A DNA stretch of 64,000 bases from Pseudomonas phage sp. 30-2, in sequence record LC727697.1; one strand, 5' to 3'. The notes below the pieces were generated by a model. It worked only from the letters and a program-made list of their open reading frames with translations. It was not told the DNA's origin and made no database searches. This document shows, one piece after another, positions 28,334 to 37,745 of this stretch (its first letter is position 1; each line of letters starts with the position of its first letter). A program made the position numbers and the translations under genes.

Positions 28334-28936
28334 TTATCTTTTATTTCTATAATCATTAGTACCTATAACAGCATTGTTATTAGGAACTACAACTTCTTTA
28401 TTGTTTATTTTATCTAGTTTTTGCGCCGGAATTAGATTGTTAGTTACATAACTATCTTCTTTTGCAGGAGCTGCCGCTAGTGCTTCTTTAACTGATTCGT
28501 CGCCATATGGTGCTTCAGTTTTCCATATTTCTTCCGAACCTAATACTGGTTTATAATTATCTTTATATTCTTTACTTTGTCTGTACACGAATTCTTTTGC
28601 GTCTTCTAATCTAGGATCTTCAGAAGTAAATACCAGAACATTGCTTTCTTTTATACAGAGTGCTTTAGATATATAATTTCTTAATAAATCCGGTGTAGCT
28701 GGATATACCATCTCTATTTCTGCTATGAATACTTTAGAACAAGGTATATTAGGAAAATCTAACGGATTTAATTGATAAGGAGTTTCTTTAAAATTAGAAA
28801 ACGAAAGTATATCATATTTTACTAAACTAGATTCTAATACAGATTTTTGTTCAGAATTTATTTCGTCTGTAGCTATTTTAATTACAAACGAATATTTGCG
28901 TTTTGACGCATCGTAATAATCTCTGAAAGATTTCAT
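28334..28936 (-). CDS. hypothetical protein (200 aa)
   Basis: Complete ORF. Confidence 0.35.
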   Translation of the reverse strand: MKSFRDYYDASKRKYSFVIKIATDEINSEQKSVLESSLVKYDILSFSNFKETPYQLNPLDFPNIPCSKVFIAEIEMVYPATPDLLRNYISKALCIKESNVLVFTSEDPRLEDAKEFVYRQSKEYKDNYKPVLGSEEIWKTEAPYGDESVKEALAAAPAKEDSYVTNNLIPAQKLDKINNKEVVVPNNNAVIGTNDYRNKR

Positions 28937-28960
28937 TTATATCTTCCTTTATAGTTTATT

Positions 28961-29467
28961 TTATTTATCTGCAGAGTTATCATTATCTTTATTTAAAAGA
29001 AGACCTATTAGCTCATTTCTATCAAAATATACACCATTAGATCCGGCAGGGGCATCAGTGGACGTTTTTTTATGAGTCATTTCCCAATCCAATCTTGCTT
29101 TTTTAATTTGTAACTCTACCATTTTTAATTTTCTATAATTTTTTGCTTCCTTGGCGTCCTGGGCAGTTTTAAGCATATTATGTGCCACTTCTAACACTTT
29201 ACCTACCTGGGCATCATGTATGTTTTGACTTATATCCCACAAATCGCGGTATGCATCCATTGCAGTTTTTGCAATTTCATCCATATCTCTGTCATGACTA
29301 TCTAATTGAGTTACACCAACTAATGCTGCATCAATTTTATCCGATTGAGAATTTATGTCTACTATTTGGCCAGAAACATCCTCTTCGTTAGCAGTTTCTA
29401 TAATTTCTGCTGGCGCTTCTTCGTCAAACGAAGCAAAATCAAATACTTCTTCTAATCTTTTAGTCAT
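28961..29467 (-). CDS. hypothetical protein (168 aa, acidic N-terminus)
   Basis: Complete ORF. Confidence 0.35.
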   Translation of the reverse strand: MTKRLEEVFDFASFDEEAPAEIIETANEEDVSGQIVDINSQSDKIDAALVGVTQLDSHDRDMDEIAKTAMDAYRDLWDISQNIHDAQVGKVLEVAHNMLKTAQDAKEAKNYRKLKMVELQIKKARLDWEMTHKKTSTDAPAGSNGVYFDRNELIGLLLNKDNDNSADK

Positions 29468-29468
29468 G

Positions 29469-29897
29469 TTATTTAGGATTCCTATAAATATGGTCTTCGT
29501 TAATTACTCTAAATCTTATACCCCGTGCAGAGCAAAACTTGGCGGCCGCTTGCCATTTTGCTGCATTCATTGCTAACCGATATTTATCTTGTTTAGTTTT
29601 AGCATGTTCTAAAAATGTTTCTTTTCTCGGTTTTATTTCGACTATTTCGGTGTGTTTGTTGCCCTTACTATCAACGTATACCATTAAAAAATCTGGCACA
29701 TATAACGATTGTTTGTTTGTAACTGGATTAAAATAAGGAATAGAAATGGGTTCGCTGGCCCATTCAATTACAGCCATATTTTCGTCAACTGTCTGCATAA
29801 ATTTATATTCCCATGCAGATCTATAGTATGGTAATTTTTTTCCTATATATTTTCCAGGATTCTTCGGAATATACGTTCCTTGCTTGTAACTACCCAT
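29469..29897 (-). CDS. PD-(D/E)xK-fold nuclease-like protein (possible head-completion nuclease, gp4-like)
   Basis: YVPDF...EIVEIKP matches the PD-(D/E)xK arrangement. 142 aa, within the packaging/structural block. Confidence 0.4.
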   Translation of the reverse strand: MGSYKQGTYIPKNPGKYIGKKLPYYRSAWEYKFMQTVDENMAVIEWASEPISIPYFNPVTNKQSLYVPDFLMVYVDSKGNKHTEIVEIKPRKETFLEHAKTKQDKYRLAMNAAKWQAAAKFCSARGIRFRVINEDHIYRNPK

Positions 29898-30352
29898 TAT
29901 AATTTGACGTTCCTTCCTCTGAATTTCCCAGAATTATCGTTTATTATTAATAGATTTTGCTTTTCGCCGGCAGGTCTTAAAAAATTTAATACAGTATATG
30001 TGTCATTTCCTAACATTAATTGTCCCGTACTTGCCACTTCTTCTGCTAATGTCATCGGTGGTTTATTTAGTAACTTGGCTGCATCTAACATCATCAATGC
30101 TAGGGTTTCTGCGTTAGGTAAAGAAGTATGTTTACTTACAAAGAATGATCGTAGAGCAAAAAACATATTCGAATTAACGGCGCCGACTGAAGAATTTCCG
30201 TAATTGTCTAGAATAAGACTAGTAGCATCCAAAGCATTATCAAAGCCAGATCCATTTTCAAATGTGTTAACTAAAGACGAACCCGTTTGTATTACTTTCT
30301 TAGAAGCTCCTCTACGCTTCAACATGTCTATACTAAATCTATCAAGTGCCAT
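29897..30352 (-). CDS. hypothetical structural-module protein (151 aa)
   Basis: Complete ORF, translationally coupled to its neighbours. Confidence 0.35.
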   Translation of the reverse strand: MALDRFSIDMLKRRGASKKVIQTGSSLVNTFENGSGFDNALDATSLILDNYGNSSVGAVNSNMFFALRSFFVSKHTSLPNAETLALMMLDAAKLLNKPPMTLAEEVASTGQLMLGNDTYTVLNFLRPAGEKQNLLIINDNSGKFRGRNVKL

Positions 30353-31860
30353 TATAATCCAACACTCCTGTTAGATACGTTTGTATTTCTAGATCCCCTA
30401 GGATTATCTATAATTTTTCCTGCGCCATTTAAAACACCAGTTATAGCAGTATTTACACCAGTTTCAAATGTTCTTCGTATAGTTCCAGTAGTTTCTGATT
30501 TTGCTTGATCTAATATTTTTCTCATAGAACCTTTCGGATCTACCGGGAATTCTACTTCTCCTGTAAATATACTTTCACCTACTGCCCTGGCTGCATTTTC
30601 AGGAAAAGTAGTAACATAGTCTGTTACATTTCGCTCAATATTTCCTAATACGCTATTAGCAGCGCTTCCTAATACTGCGCCTACTCCTATATTATCTAAC
30701 ACACCATTTACACCAGTTGCATCTAAAACTGTAGATACACCAGACCGAATTCCGCCGAATATATCCCCCGTAATATCACCCAATACATTACCTAATCCAG
30801 ACGAAGATCTGCCGAAACCGCCCTCAGTACTGTCGTTTCTTACCCTAACACTAACTGGCGGACGGGCAGGTTGATAATCTAATTCTAAATTATTAGCATT
30901 ATCATAAAATTCAAGTTCAGTTTCAGCCAATGGCCTAACAAAGTTATCATACACTACATCTTCGTATTCAAATGTAAATGTTAATTCCATTAAATCGCTA
31001 GAATTGTCATATGCTAATGCATCATGTCTAAAATCTGTTATTCTGGGATTTACTAATCTTGCTCTAGAATATGATTGTCCGTGAACCTGATATATATCAA
31101 TAGAGTCAAACAAATATCTACTATATTTTCCTATAAACGAAGTTGTATTAAACACTTGAGTATCTAACCTAAATCCAAAATCTCGTTTAAAAACACCTTC
31201 TTTAGAGATAATATCATTATAAAACTCAGATACGTTTAACTCGCCCCTTCTTAATGTATTTCTAATGGGATCAAAATTACTTATAGAATCTGATGTTTTC
31301 TTGGCGTAAACACCATCATTAAAATAATATTCATAATACATTTCCCAAAAACGTAATGTTTTTCCATCTACTACATCGTGTAACACCATTGTAATAGGCT
31401 GGAATTTTATCTTTGTTTGAGAAATACGCCATTTATTATATTGATTTAATTTTTCTGTATCTATTTGCATAGATGGCATATCGATACGTTTTATTAGAGG
31501 AACTATCATATCTTGTTCATCTCTATTTAAATAAGTATCAACAAACGATTTTACCGGATCTATAGTATTATAGTTTATTTTTACAAGATATTGAAACTTA
31601 GACCTAGGATAGTTCTGTTGTATATACGAACCCCTAAGACCAAAATTATATGTTGCATGTCTACCATCTCTTAGATATGCGCCATGCCCGTCGCCAATTA
31701 AACCGCCTAAAAATTTCTTAGCAGACCGGGTAGCAACAGAAGACAAAATATTTCCTGCTTCTCCCACTGTTGCCCCAAATATATCACCAGCAGCGCCGGC
31801 TATTGTACCGAATATATCATCAAATGCCATATATAAATCCAATAAAAAGAATAACTGCAA
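30352..31860 (-). CDS. putative baseplate/tail structural protein with glycine-zipper repeats (502 aa)
   Basis: N- and C-terminal repeats DIFGTIAGAAGDIFGATVGEAGNIL and GNVLGDITGDIFGGIRSG...GVLDNIGVGAVLGSAANSVLGNI. Located next to the tail tube gene. Confidence 0.35.
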   Translation of the reverse strand: MQLFFLLDLYMAFDDIFGTIAGAAGDIFGATVGEAGNILSSVATRSAKKFLGGLIGDGHGAYLRDGRHATYNFGLRGSYIQQNYPRSKFQYLVKINYNTIDPVKSFVDTYLNRDEQDMIVPLIKRIDMPSMQIDTEKLNQYNKWRISQTKIKFQPITMVLHDVVDGKTLRFWEMYYEYYFNDGVYAKKTSDSISNFDPIRNTLRRGELNVSEFYNDIISKEGVFKRDFGFRLDTQVFNTTSFIGKYSRYLFDSIDIYQVHGQSYSRARLVNPRITDFRHDALAYDNSSDLMELTFTFEYEDVVYDNFVRPLAETELEFYDNANNLELDYQPARPPVSVRVRNDSTEGGFGRSSSGLGNVLGDITGDIFGGIRSGVSTVLDATGVNGVLDNIGVGAVLGSAANSVLGNIERNVTDYVTTFPENAARAVGESIFTGEVEFPVDPKGSMRKILDQAKSETTGTIRRTFETGVNTAITGVLNGAGKIIDNPRGSRNTNVSNRSVGL

Positions 31861-31889
31861 GCTAAGTAAAATAGCTTGCAGATTTCTTA

Positions 31890-32567
31890 TTAGTTTACAC
31901 GAGCACCAGGTGCACCGCGTAATCCGGCATCGTCGTCAGTAAACGGATCGCCGCCGAGTGCAACTTCGTTGCCGCCTGCATGATGAGTATAGTTATCTGC
32001 ACGAACAGTAAGGGTTATTAAGGTAAGTTCAGAGCTATCATATGCACGAGAACCATAGTTTACATCAAGTAAAAAACAACCTTCTGCATCCCAGTATTCT
32101 AATGGTGCAGTATTGTTGTTTCCGTCTAGAGATTCTATTCTCATAGTAAATTTATAGTTTCTACCAGCTACTGGGCTAGATTGTTCAAAATGGTTCATTT
32201 GTTTCTGCAATTGTTTACCAACTACATTAACAACTGAGTTTTGAATATCGTCACGCAATACAATTTCGATAGTTTGCCATTCGTGTTTCCCCATAGCATA
32301 TGCTACAGAGTTATACGAATGAACAGCAGTCGACGCATGGTTTATTTTCGGTCTTTCGACAGAAACTACGCTCTGGGTTAACTGGCGAGAATTAGATCCA
32401 TCGCCAAAACCATCAAAACTCACGCGAAACTTGTACTGGAGCTTGGGTTGCAAAATACCGCGTTCTGAACCTGCCGAACTTGGTACCCCAAATTTGTCTA
32501 ATGTTGCCATACATTCTCCTATTAATGTCTCGTTATTACGATAAACATATTTATCAGTAACTAACAA
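31890..32567 (-). CDS. 19: tail tube protein (T4 gp19-like)
   Basis: Position next to the sheath gene. C-terminal region resembles gp19 (LEYWDAEG... vs QLDWDSNN...LALDYWE). Confidence 0.55.
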   Translation of the reverse strand: MLVTDKYVYRNNETLIGECMATLDKFGVPSSAGSERGILQPKLQYKFRVSFDGFGDGSNSRQLTQSVVSVERPKINHASTAVHSYNSVAYAMGKHEWQTIEIVLRDDIQNSVVNVVGKQLQKQMNHFEQSSPVAGRNYKFTMRIESLDGNNNTAPLEYWDAEGCFLLDVNYGSRAYDSSELTLITLTVRADNYTHHAGGNEVALGGDPFTDDDAGLRGAPGARVN

Positions 32568-32590
32568 TTTTTCATTATAGGATACAAATA

Positions 32591-32611
32591 AAGGGGCATT
32601 ATGCCCCTTTA
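32591..32611. terminator. palindromic hairpin/terminator
   Basis: AAAGGGGCAT-T-ATGCCCCTTT overlapping the stop codon of the 538-aa endonuclease gene. Confidence 0.45.
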
Positions 32612-34215
32612 TTTGTCCAAACCCATTTAGTAGATCCCGAATCCCATATTCTATTCCATCCCAAACTATCCATATATTCTTTTTCTGTTAGTAAAGTTTC
32701 GGGCAACTTATCTTTTCTAAAATTGTATCTATGATATCTTTTAAGATCATTATCTTTTATATACCAGTAATTAGGGAGTGTCTGTTTATCTAATTTAAAT
32801 CCTAGCTGTTCATATAAATTACCGTCAGACCAGCGAGAATCTGCATACGAAATAACACTAGATGGATTATAGTTATTTATATAGTAAGCAAATAATTTTC
32901 CCGCGGCGCCGGGGATAGATGTATTATGTTTTACACTAAAACGATTTATCTGACAGCTCGATGTTTTATTAGTAATATCTTTATTTAAAAATGTCATTAC
33001 AGAAACTAGTTCATTGTTATAATACAACCCCAATCTTACATTTGCTCTACCTTTACCTTGTAAATGTGTTTTTTCTACAAAATCATTTGCAACTTTAGAA
33101 TTTATTTCTTTAACAGTACATTTCCTTGCATATATTTTGTGTTCTGTTTTTCCTAATATAGCTCTTATTCTACTCTTTACTATATCTTGCTTTAAGTCCC
33201 ACTCATCTTCAAATATTTGAATTAATCTAATTCCTTTATCTCTAAAAAATATTTTCTTTTCGTAATCTTTTGTTTTACTGTACCCAGAATACTCTAACAC
33301 ATCCTCACTATGCCAGTATAATCCGTTAAATTCAAATCCAATATTTAATTCTTTACAAAATATATCTATTTCTTTATTGTTTATACGTGCAGAATTTATA
33401 CATGAAATACCTAAACTTGTTATAAAATATTCTAATTCTTTTTCTTTTTCAGATCTATTACTATTTCTAGGATAACACACAGGACATAATTCTATTTTAA
33501 ATTTACTAGCTCTAAAATATTGTTTTGTAAAAGAACATTCATTATTACATATATTACACCTTAACACTAAGCTGTTTTCATTTATGTCATTTAATAATGT
33601 TAGATTTGCAAGAGATATATTACTTTCTATTTGTTTATTAGATTCAGCTATTTTAGAAGCCCTATAATTGTTTAATGTTTGTATAGCTATTTCTTTATGT
33701 GATTTGGTTAACTTATATCCTTTTCGTATTTGCACTAACCCCAACGTTTTCTTTGTACTATATGTATCTTTTGCTTTAGCACTTCTCTGTTTTACTTCTT
33801 CTTTATTTTCTGCAGCATACTTCTTCACACTATCAGAAATTTTTTTATTTATTTCTACAGTTCTGACATATGATTTCCTAGTTAGTATCCCTTCTTTGTA
33901 CTTTAGTTCTCTCTGTTCTGCAGATTTCACGTACATAGTAGTATCGTGTAACTCTATGCCTTTATTCCACGGAATAGTTCCGGATTTTTTATTAGACATA
34001 GATTCTTTCATGCTATCTGACCATTTATTTCCATAATTAGGATTATTAATGCCAGATGACTGTTCTGACCGCTTTGATCTATATTCATCTGATACAAGAG
34101 AATATTTTCCATAAAGATCTTTGTATTCTGCAGTAGTGATGTTATGTGTTTTTAGATGTGTACTTGTAATCATACTAGGAAATGATTTATTACAAATTTT
34201 ACATACAATAGACAT
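32599..34215 (-). CDS. putative homing endonuclease, Vsr/DUF559-like nuclease family (paralog B: N-terminal C2H2-like zinc finger), inserted between the tube and sheath genes
   Basis: CKICNKSFPSMITSTHLKTH is a C2H2 finger. A second CxxC...CxxC ribbon follows. Nuclease core LNIGFEFNGLYWHSE...KGIRLIQIFEDEW and C-terminal domain KIYARKCTVKEI...GLYYNNELV...YADSRWS are paralogous to 16007..17842. Confidence 0.6.
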   Translation of the reverse strand: MSIVCKICNKSFPSMITSTHLKTHNITTAEYKDLYGKYSLVSDEYRSKRSEQSSGINNPNYGNKWSDSMKESMSNKKSGTIPWNKGIELHDTTMYVKSAEQRELKYKEGILTRKSYVRTVEINKKISDSVKKYAAENKEEVKQRSAKAKDTYSTKKTLGLVQIRKGYKLTKSHKEIAIQTLNNYRASKIAESNKQIESNISLANLTLLNDINENSLVLRCNICNNECSFTKQYFRASKFKIELCPVCYPRNSNRSEKEKELEYFITSLGISCINSARINNKEIDIFCKELNIGFEFNGLYWHSEDVLEYSGYSKTKDYEKKIFFRDKGIRLIQIFEDEWDLKQDIVKSRIRAILGKTEHKIYARKCTVKEINSKVANDFVEKTHLQGKGRANVRLGLYYNNELVSVMTFLNKDITNKTSSCQINRFSVKHNTSIPGAAGKLFAYYINNYNPSSVISYADSRWSDGNLYEQLGFKLDKQTLPNYWYIKDNDLKRYHRYNFRKDKLPETLLTEKEYMDSLGWNRIWDSGSTKWVWTNKGA

Positions 34216-34272
34216 AAAAGCAATCCTTAATTTTAAACAATAGTATACTATAGATATAATTTATAGTCAAAT

Positions 34273-34295
34273 AAAAAGGCACTAAGTGCCTTTTT
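34273..34295. terminator. terminator hairpin after the sheath gene
   Basis: AAAAAGGCACT-AAG-TGCCTTTTT. Confidence 0.55.
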
Positions 34296-34316
34296 ATTTT
34301 GCATTACTAATTTATG

Positions 34317-36956
34317 TTAAGATCCAGTATTTTGCAAACGAATCGGAACATAAATAAATTCAACTGCACGGGTGGGCACTATTGCAACGTCAACCCACAA
34401 TTCGTTTCTATCTATACGATCCGGAGTATTATTAGAATCAGAACAGTCTACAACGAAATCAGTGATACCGCGTAATGTTACTATTTCGCTTAAGAAAGCC
34501 TCTACTGCTACCTGTACTGCTTGACGAGTACGTGAATCGTTTGGCTCGAATACAAACGGTTTTAGCAACAAATCTAATTGATATCTAACATAGTTTACCA
34601 ATCTTGCTACATTAACTCTATCCAATGACGAAGTAACTGGATTTCTAGATTTTTGACCCCATACCACTATACCTCTATTAGGCACTTGCGATATTGGGTT
34701 AACATTATTAGTATACAGAGTATCCCGCTGCCCTTCATTTAACGAAACTGCAACGAATTCACCTTCGCTGTTTATATAACCTACCGAAGTTGCGTTAGAC
34801 ACTATACCGCGTTGATATCCTGCTGGAGCGAACCACGGATATGCAACCTGGTCATTATACGCAATAGTACGAAGTAACATATGACTAGGAGGAACAACTA
34901 CATTATTACCATTTAGATCTGTACTTAGCCCGGACGGATAATATACACCTAAATACGGATCAGCAGTAACTAATCCATCTGAACCGTTTTCTGTTGCTAA
35001 TTTAGAATTAGAAGACCATTCTTGTAAATTAGTACCAGTTGCACTCAAAGTAAATGGCGAATCGCCTATAACAAATGCAGTTTGTTTTCTATCAACGTTT
35101 AATGCTACTAACTCGTCTATTAATTCAGGATAGCCAGGCGCAGCAATTAGGTTATAAAACACGTTTTCAGAACGAATATCTTCATTAGCCTGTATTGTGC
35201 TAGCAATAGAACGAACGACTACTTGTTTAACTGCTTCACCACCAGTGTATAAAGAACCATCCGATCTTAAACCACTAACAGATACCCATCTATCTCCTAT
35301 AACGTTACCTTCAAAGGTATAATTATTGTTCCATTGTTTAACGTTACGTGTGGAATAGCGAGTGTTAAATAGCAAGATTCCTTGCGGATATGCAAGTGCG
35401 TCTGGAGCGTCTGCATCTAATGCTCCGGAATTTACAGGTCTTGCATCAGCAAATATTACACCGTTAGGTGTTGTTTGATCAGTATTATCTACTAATCTCC
35501 ACTGGTTATTTACCCTACGATATATAACTGGATAATTGCCTGCAGACGAAGTGCTTACCCATACATCGCCGTCAGCTACGTTAGTAGTAGGTTCAGCACT
35601 TTGTACAAATAAACTGCCAGCTAAATCAGTCCATGCTCCTACGCCATCATTAACTAGAATGTCAACTTTATAATCTGTGCTGTACCACAATGTACCGTTA
35701 TCTAATTGACCGGACGGTTGTTTTACAGCAGAACTATATTCTAGTGGAACCCAATTAGAATATATGCCGGCACTAAACATAGTAGATGATGTAACTATTA
35801 TATCTTTTCCACTATCGTTAACTAACGCTACCATTCTAGAGGCAGTATTGTAATTAACTGAAATATCAGTAACACCGTTAGAAACTAAAGCTTGTCCTAA
35901 CGATTGAGCAAATGCCTCTACGCTAGAACCAGATGCGTTAACTGTCACTGATGTTCCGTTATAGCGTCCTAATACTAATGTATCGCTATAAGGACCAGTT
36001 GCTGCTAAGGTTACAGAAACAGCAGTGAAAGTGTTACCGTTGTGTATTTTTACCTTATGTTGTAGTTCAGTTACTGCAGGATTAACTGCACTAGATAATG
36101 TTCCTTTTGCATTATATTGCACAAACACCGAGCCCTGGCGTAGTGTAGTTCCGAAACCGTCGGTAGCATCATCGCTTGTTTTGTACAAAGGAGTAGATAC
36201 AGATACAAAACTTCCTACATTTGCATCGAATCTAGACAATGCATATGAAGTTTCCCTTAGGTTTACCCATAGATTCCCTACAGCACCTACTACAGGATAT
36301 ACCTTATTATATACAACTGTATTATCGTTAGCAGTAATTAAAACCCAGGCGCCGGATATATTGCGTCTATATATTGCATTTTCTACGTTAGGAGCAGCTT
36401 GTCCTACTGACATTGCATATTTGTAACTAGACGGAACATTTGCTGGGCGACCAGCTGCGTCAAATTCAGTTGCATAGAATACATTTGCTTTTACCCAGTC
36501 AGTGCCGTTAGACTCATACAACCCCGACACAACTTTTGTAGGGTTTAACCAATAGGTGTTGTCTGCAGGATTAGCAGTGGGCTCAGTATCAGACGGTTCT
36601 AACTGAGATGTGTCTACATCTGCCCGCACAACATATGCTCTATTAGATATTCCTAAATACGAATGTGCTGCTAACAATCCATATTCATTTAGTTCATATC
36701 CGTGTAATGCAGTTCCGCCGACTGTTTTAAAAGTCGGGACACCAAACGTTTGTAGTAGTTCTCTTTGAGAACTAATTAGCCATAGTCTACCTGCATTTTG
36801 TCTAGTGGTTCCCGGTGCAATTCCAGTACCGGCACTATCAGTTTTATCTTGAGCAGTTGCTATGATTATAAGCGGTACAGTTCCCGGACCAGACGATGCA
36901 TAAAAAGATTCGTCTGTTATAGTTACACTTACACCCGGAGAAATGAGAGTTGCCAT
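34317..36956 (-). CDS. 18: tail sheath protein (T4 gp18-like)
   Basis: N-terminus MATLISPGVSVTITDES vs gp18 MTLLSPGIELKETTVQS. 879 aa. Confidence 0.8.
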   Translation of the reverse strand: MATLISPGVSVTITDESFYASSGPGTVPLIIIATAQDKTDSAGTGIAPGTTRQNAGRLWLISSQRELLQTFGVPTFKTVGGTALHGYELNEYGLLAAHSYLGISNRAYVVRADVDTSQLEPSDTEPTANPADNTYWLNPTKVVSGLYESNGTDWVKANVFYATEFDAAGRPANVPSSYKYAMSVGQAAPNVENAIYRRNISGAWVLITANDNTVVYNKVYPVVGAVGNLWVNLRETSYALSRFDANVGSFVSVSTPLYKTSDDATDGFGTTLRQGSVFVQYNAKGTLSSAVNPAVTELQHKVKIHNGNTFTAVSVTLAATGPYSDTLVLGRYNGTSVTVNASGSSVEAFAQSLGQALVSNGVTDISVNYNTASRMVALVNDSGKDIIVTSSTMFSAGIYSNWVPLEYSSAVKQPSGQLDNGTLWYSTDYKVDILVNDGVGAWTDLAGSLFVQSAEPTTNVADGDVWVSTSSAGNYPVIYRRVNNQWRLVDNTDQTTPNGVIFADARPVNSGALDADAPDALAYPQGILLFNTRYSTRNVKQWNNNYTFEGNVIGDRWVSVSGLRSDGSLYTGGEAVKQVVVRSIASTIQANEDIRSENVFYNLIAAPGYPELIDELVALNVDRKQTAFVIGDSPFTLSATGTNLQEWSSNSKLATENGSDGLVTADPYLGVYYPSGLSTDLNGNNVVVPPSHMLLRTIAYNDQVAYPWFAPAGYQRGIVSNATSVGYINSEGEFVAVSLNEGQRDTLYTNNVNPISQVPNRGIVVWGQKSRNPVTSSLDRVNVARLVNYVRYQLDLLLKPFVFEPNDSRTRQAVQVAVEAFLSEIVTLRGITDFVVDCSDSNNTPDRIDRNELWVDVAIVPTRAVEFIYVPIRLQNTGS

Positions 36957-37046
36957 TGTGTTATAATCTCCCTTTATGAATTATACAGTATTACGATATC
37001 AGTATTTATCGCATACTTAATAATCATTGCAGATATAACACTCAAT

Positions 37047-37069
37047 AAAATAGGGGCATTGCCCCTATT
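37047..37069. terminator. terminator hairpin
   Basis: AAATAGGGGCA-TTG-CCCCTATTT. Confidence 0.5.
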
Positions 37070-37073
37070 TATA

Positions 37074-37745
37074 TTATTTATTAATAATACTATCTACAGT
37101 TAGAAACAGTTCTTCCAGTGTACTATTATTAATAATTTTTTCATCGTAACCCAATCCTACCCAGTCCCATTCAGATATATGGACACCGTTTAATGACGAA
37201 TTCTCGATAATATTTTGTTTTTCTTTATCAGTATAATCTGATGTATTTAAGTCTAATGCAATATTATACCATTCCGGGATAATGTTTTCTACATATATGA
37301 ACTTTGTACCATATTGCTTTAGCATATTATATTCATTTTTAAATCTTACATCTGATACTACTACATTCTTATTATTTTGTATAAATGATTCTAATCGCTT
37401 TTCTAATGTTAATATCCATAAATTATCATTAAAATGCATCCGTAATACATCAGTTCCTATATATTGCATTGCATACCTAGGAGTAAAATTAGGTATACCT
37501 AACTTTGTCGCCCACCATGTATCTGTAGTTTCTCTCCAACGCCTAGATTCCGGTGTAGTACCTTCTAATAACGTTCTATCCCAACTAAAAGTAGATGACA
37601 GTAAATCCTTTAACGCTGCCGCAAAACTATCCTGTATAAAATTATGATTTTCAACTAAATATTTTGCTACAGTATTTTTTCCTGACCCAATAAATCCTAA
37701 CGTCCCTATAATCATCCATTTATCCAATAATGAATGGCATACCAA
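37074..37745 (-). CDS. 1: deoxynucleoside monophosphate kinase (T4 gp1-like)
   Basis: P-loop GFIGSGKNT vs gp1 SGVKRSGKDT. C-terminal STLEELFLTVDSI vs GSLEELFSKIKNT. Confidence 0.7.
   Translation of the reverse strand: MVCHSLLDKWMIIGTLGFIGSGKNTVAKYLVENHNFIQDSFAAALKDLLSSTFSWDRTLLEGTTPESRRWRETTDTWWATKLGIPNFTPRYAMQYIGTDVLRMHFNDNLWILTLEKRLESFIQNNKNVVVSDVRFKNEYNMLKQYGTKFIYVENIIPEWYNIALDLNTSDYTDKEKQNIIENSSLNGVHISEWDWVGLGYDEKIINNSTLEELFLTVDSIINK

Noticed and set aside
30352-31860. Assigning the 502-aa Gly-repeat protein as gp5 hub/lysozyme or tape-measure protein
   Set aside because: No lysozyme or OB-fold motifs. It is too short for a tape measure. Only its position and glycine-zipper repeats support a structural role.
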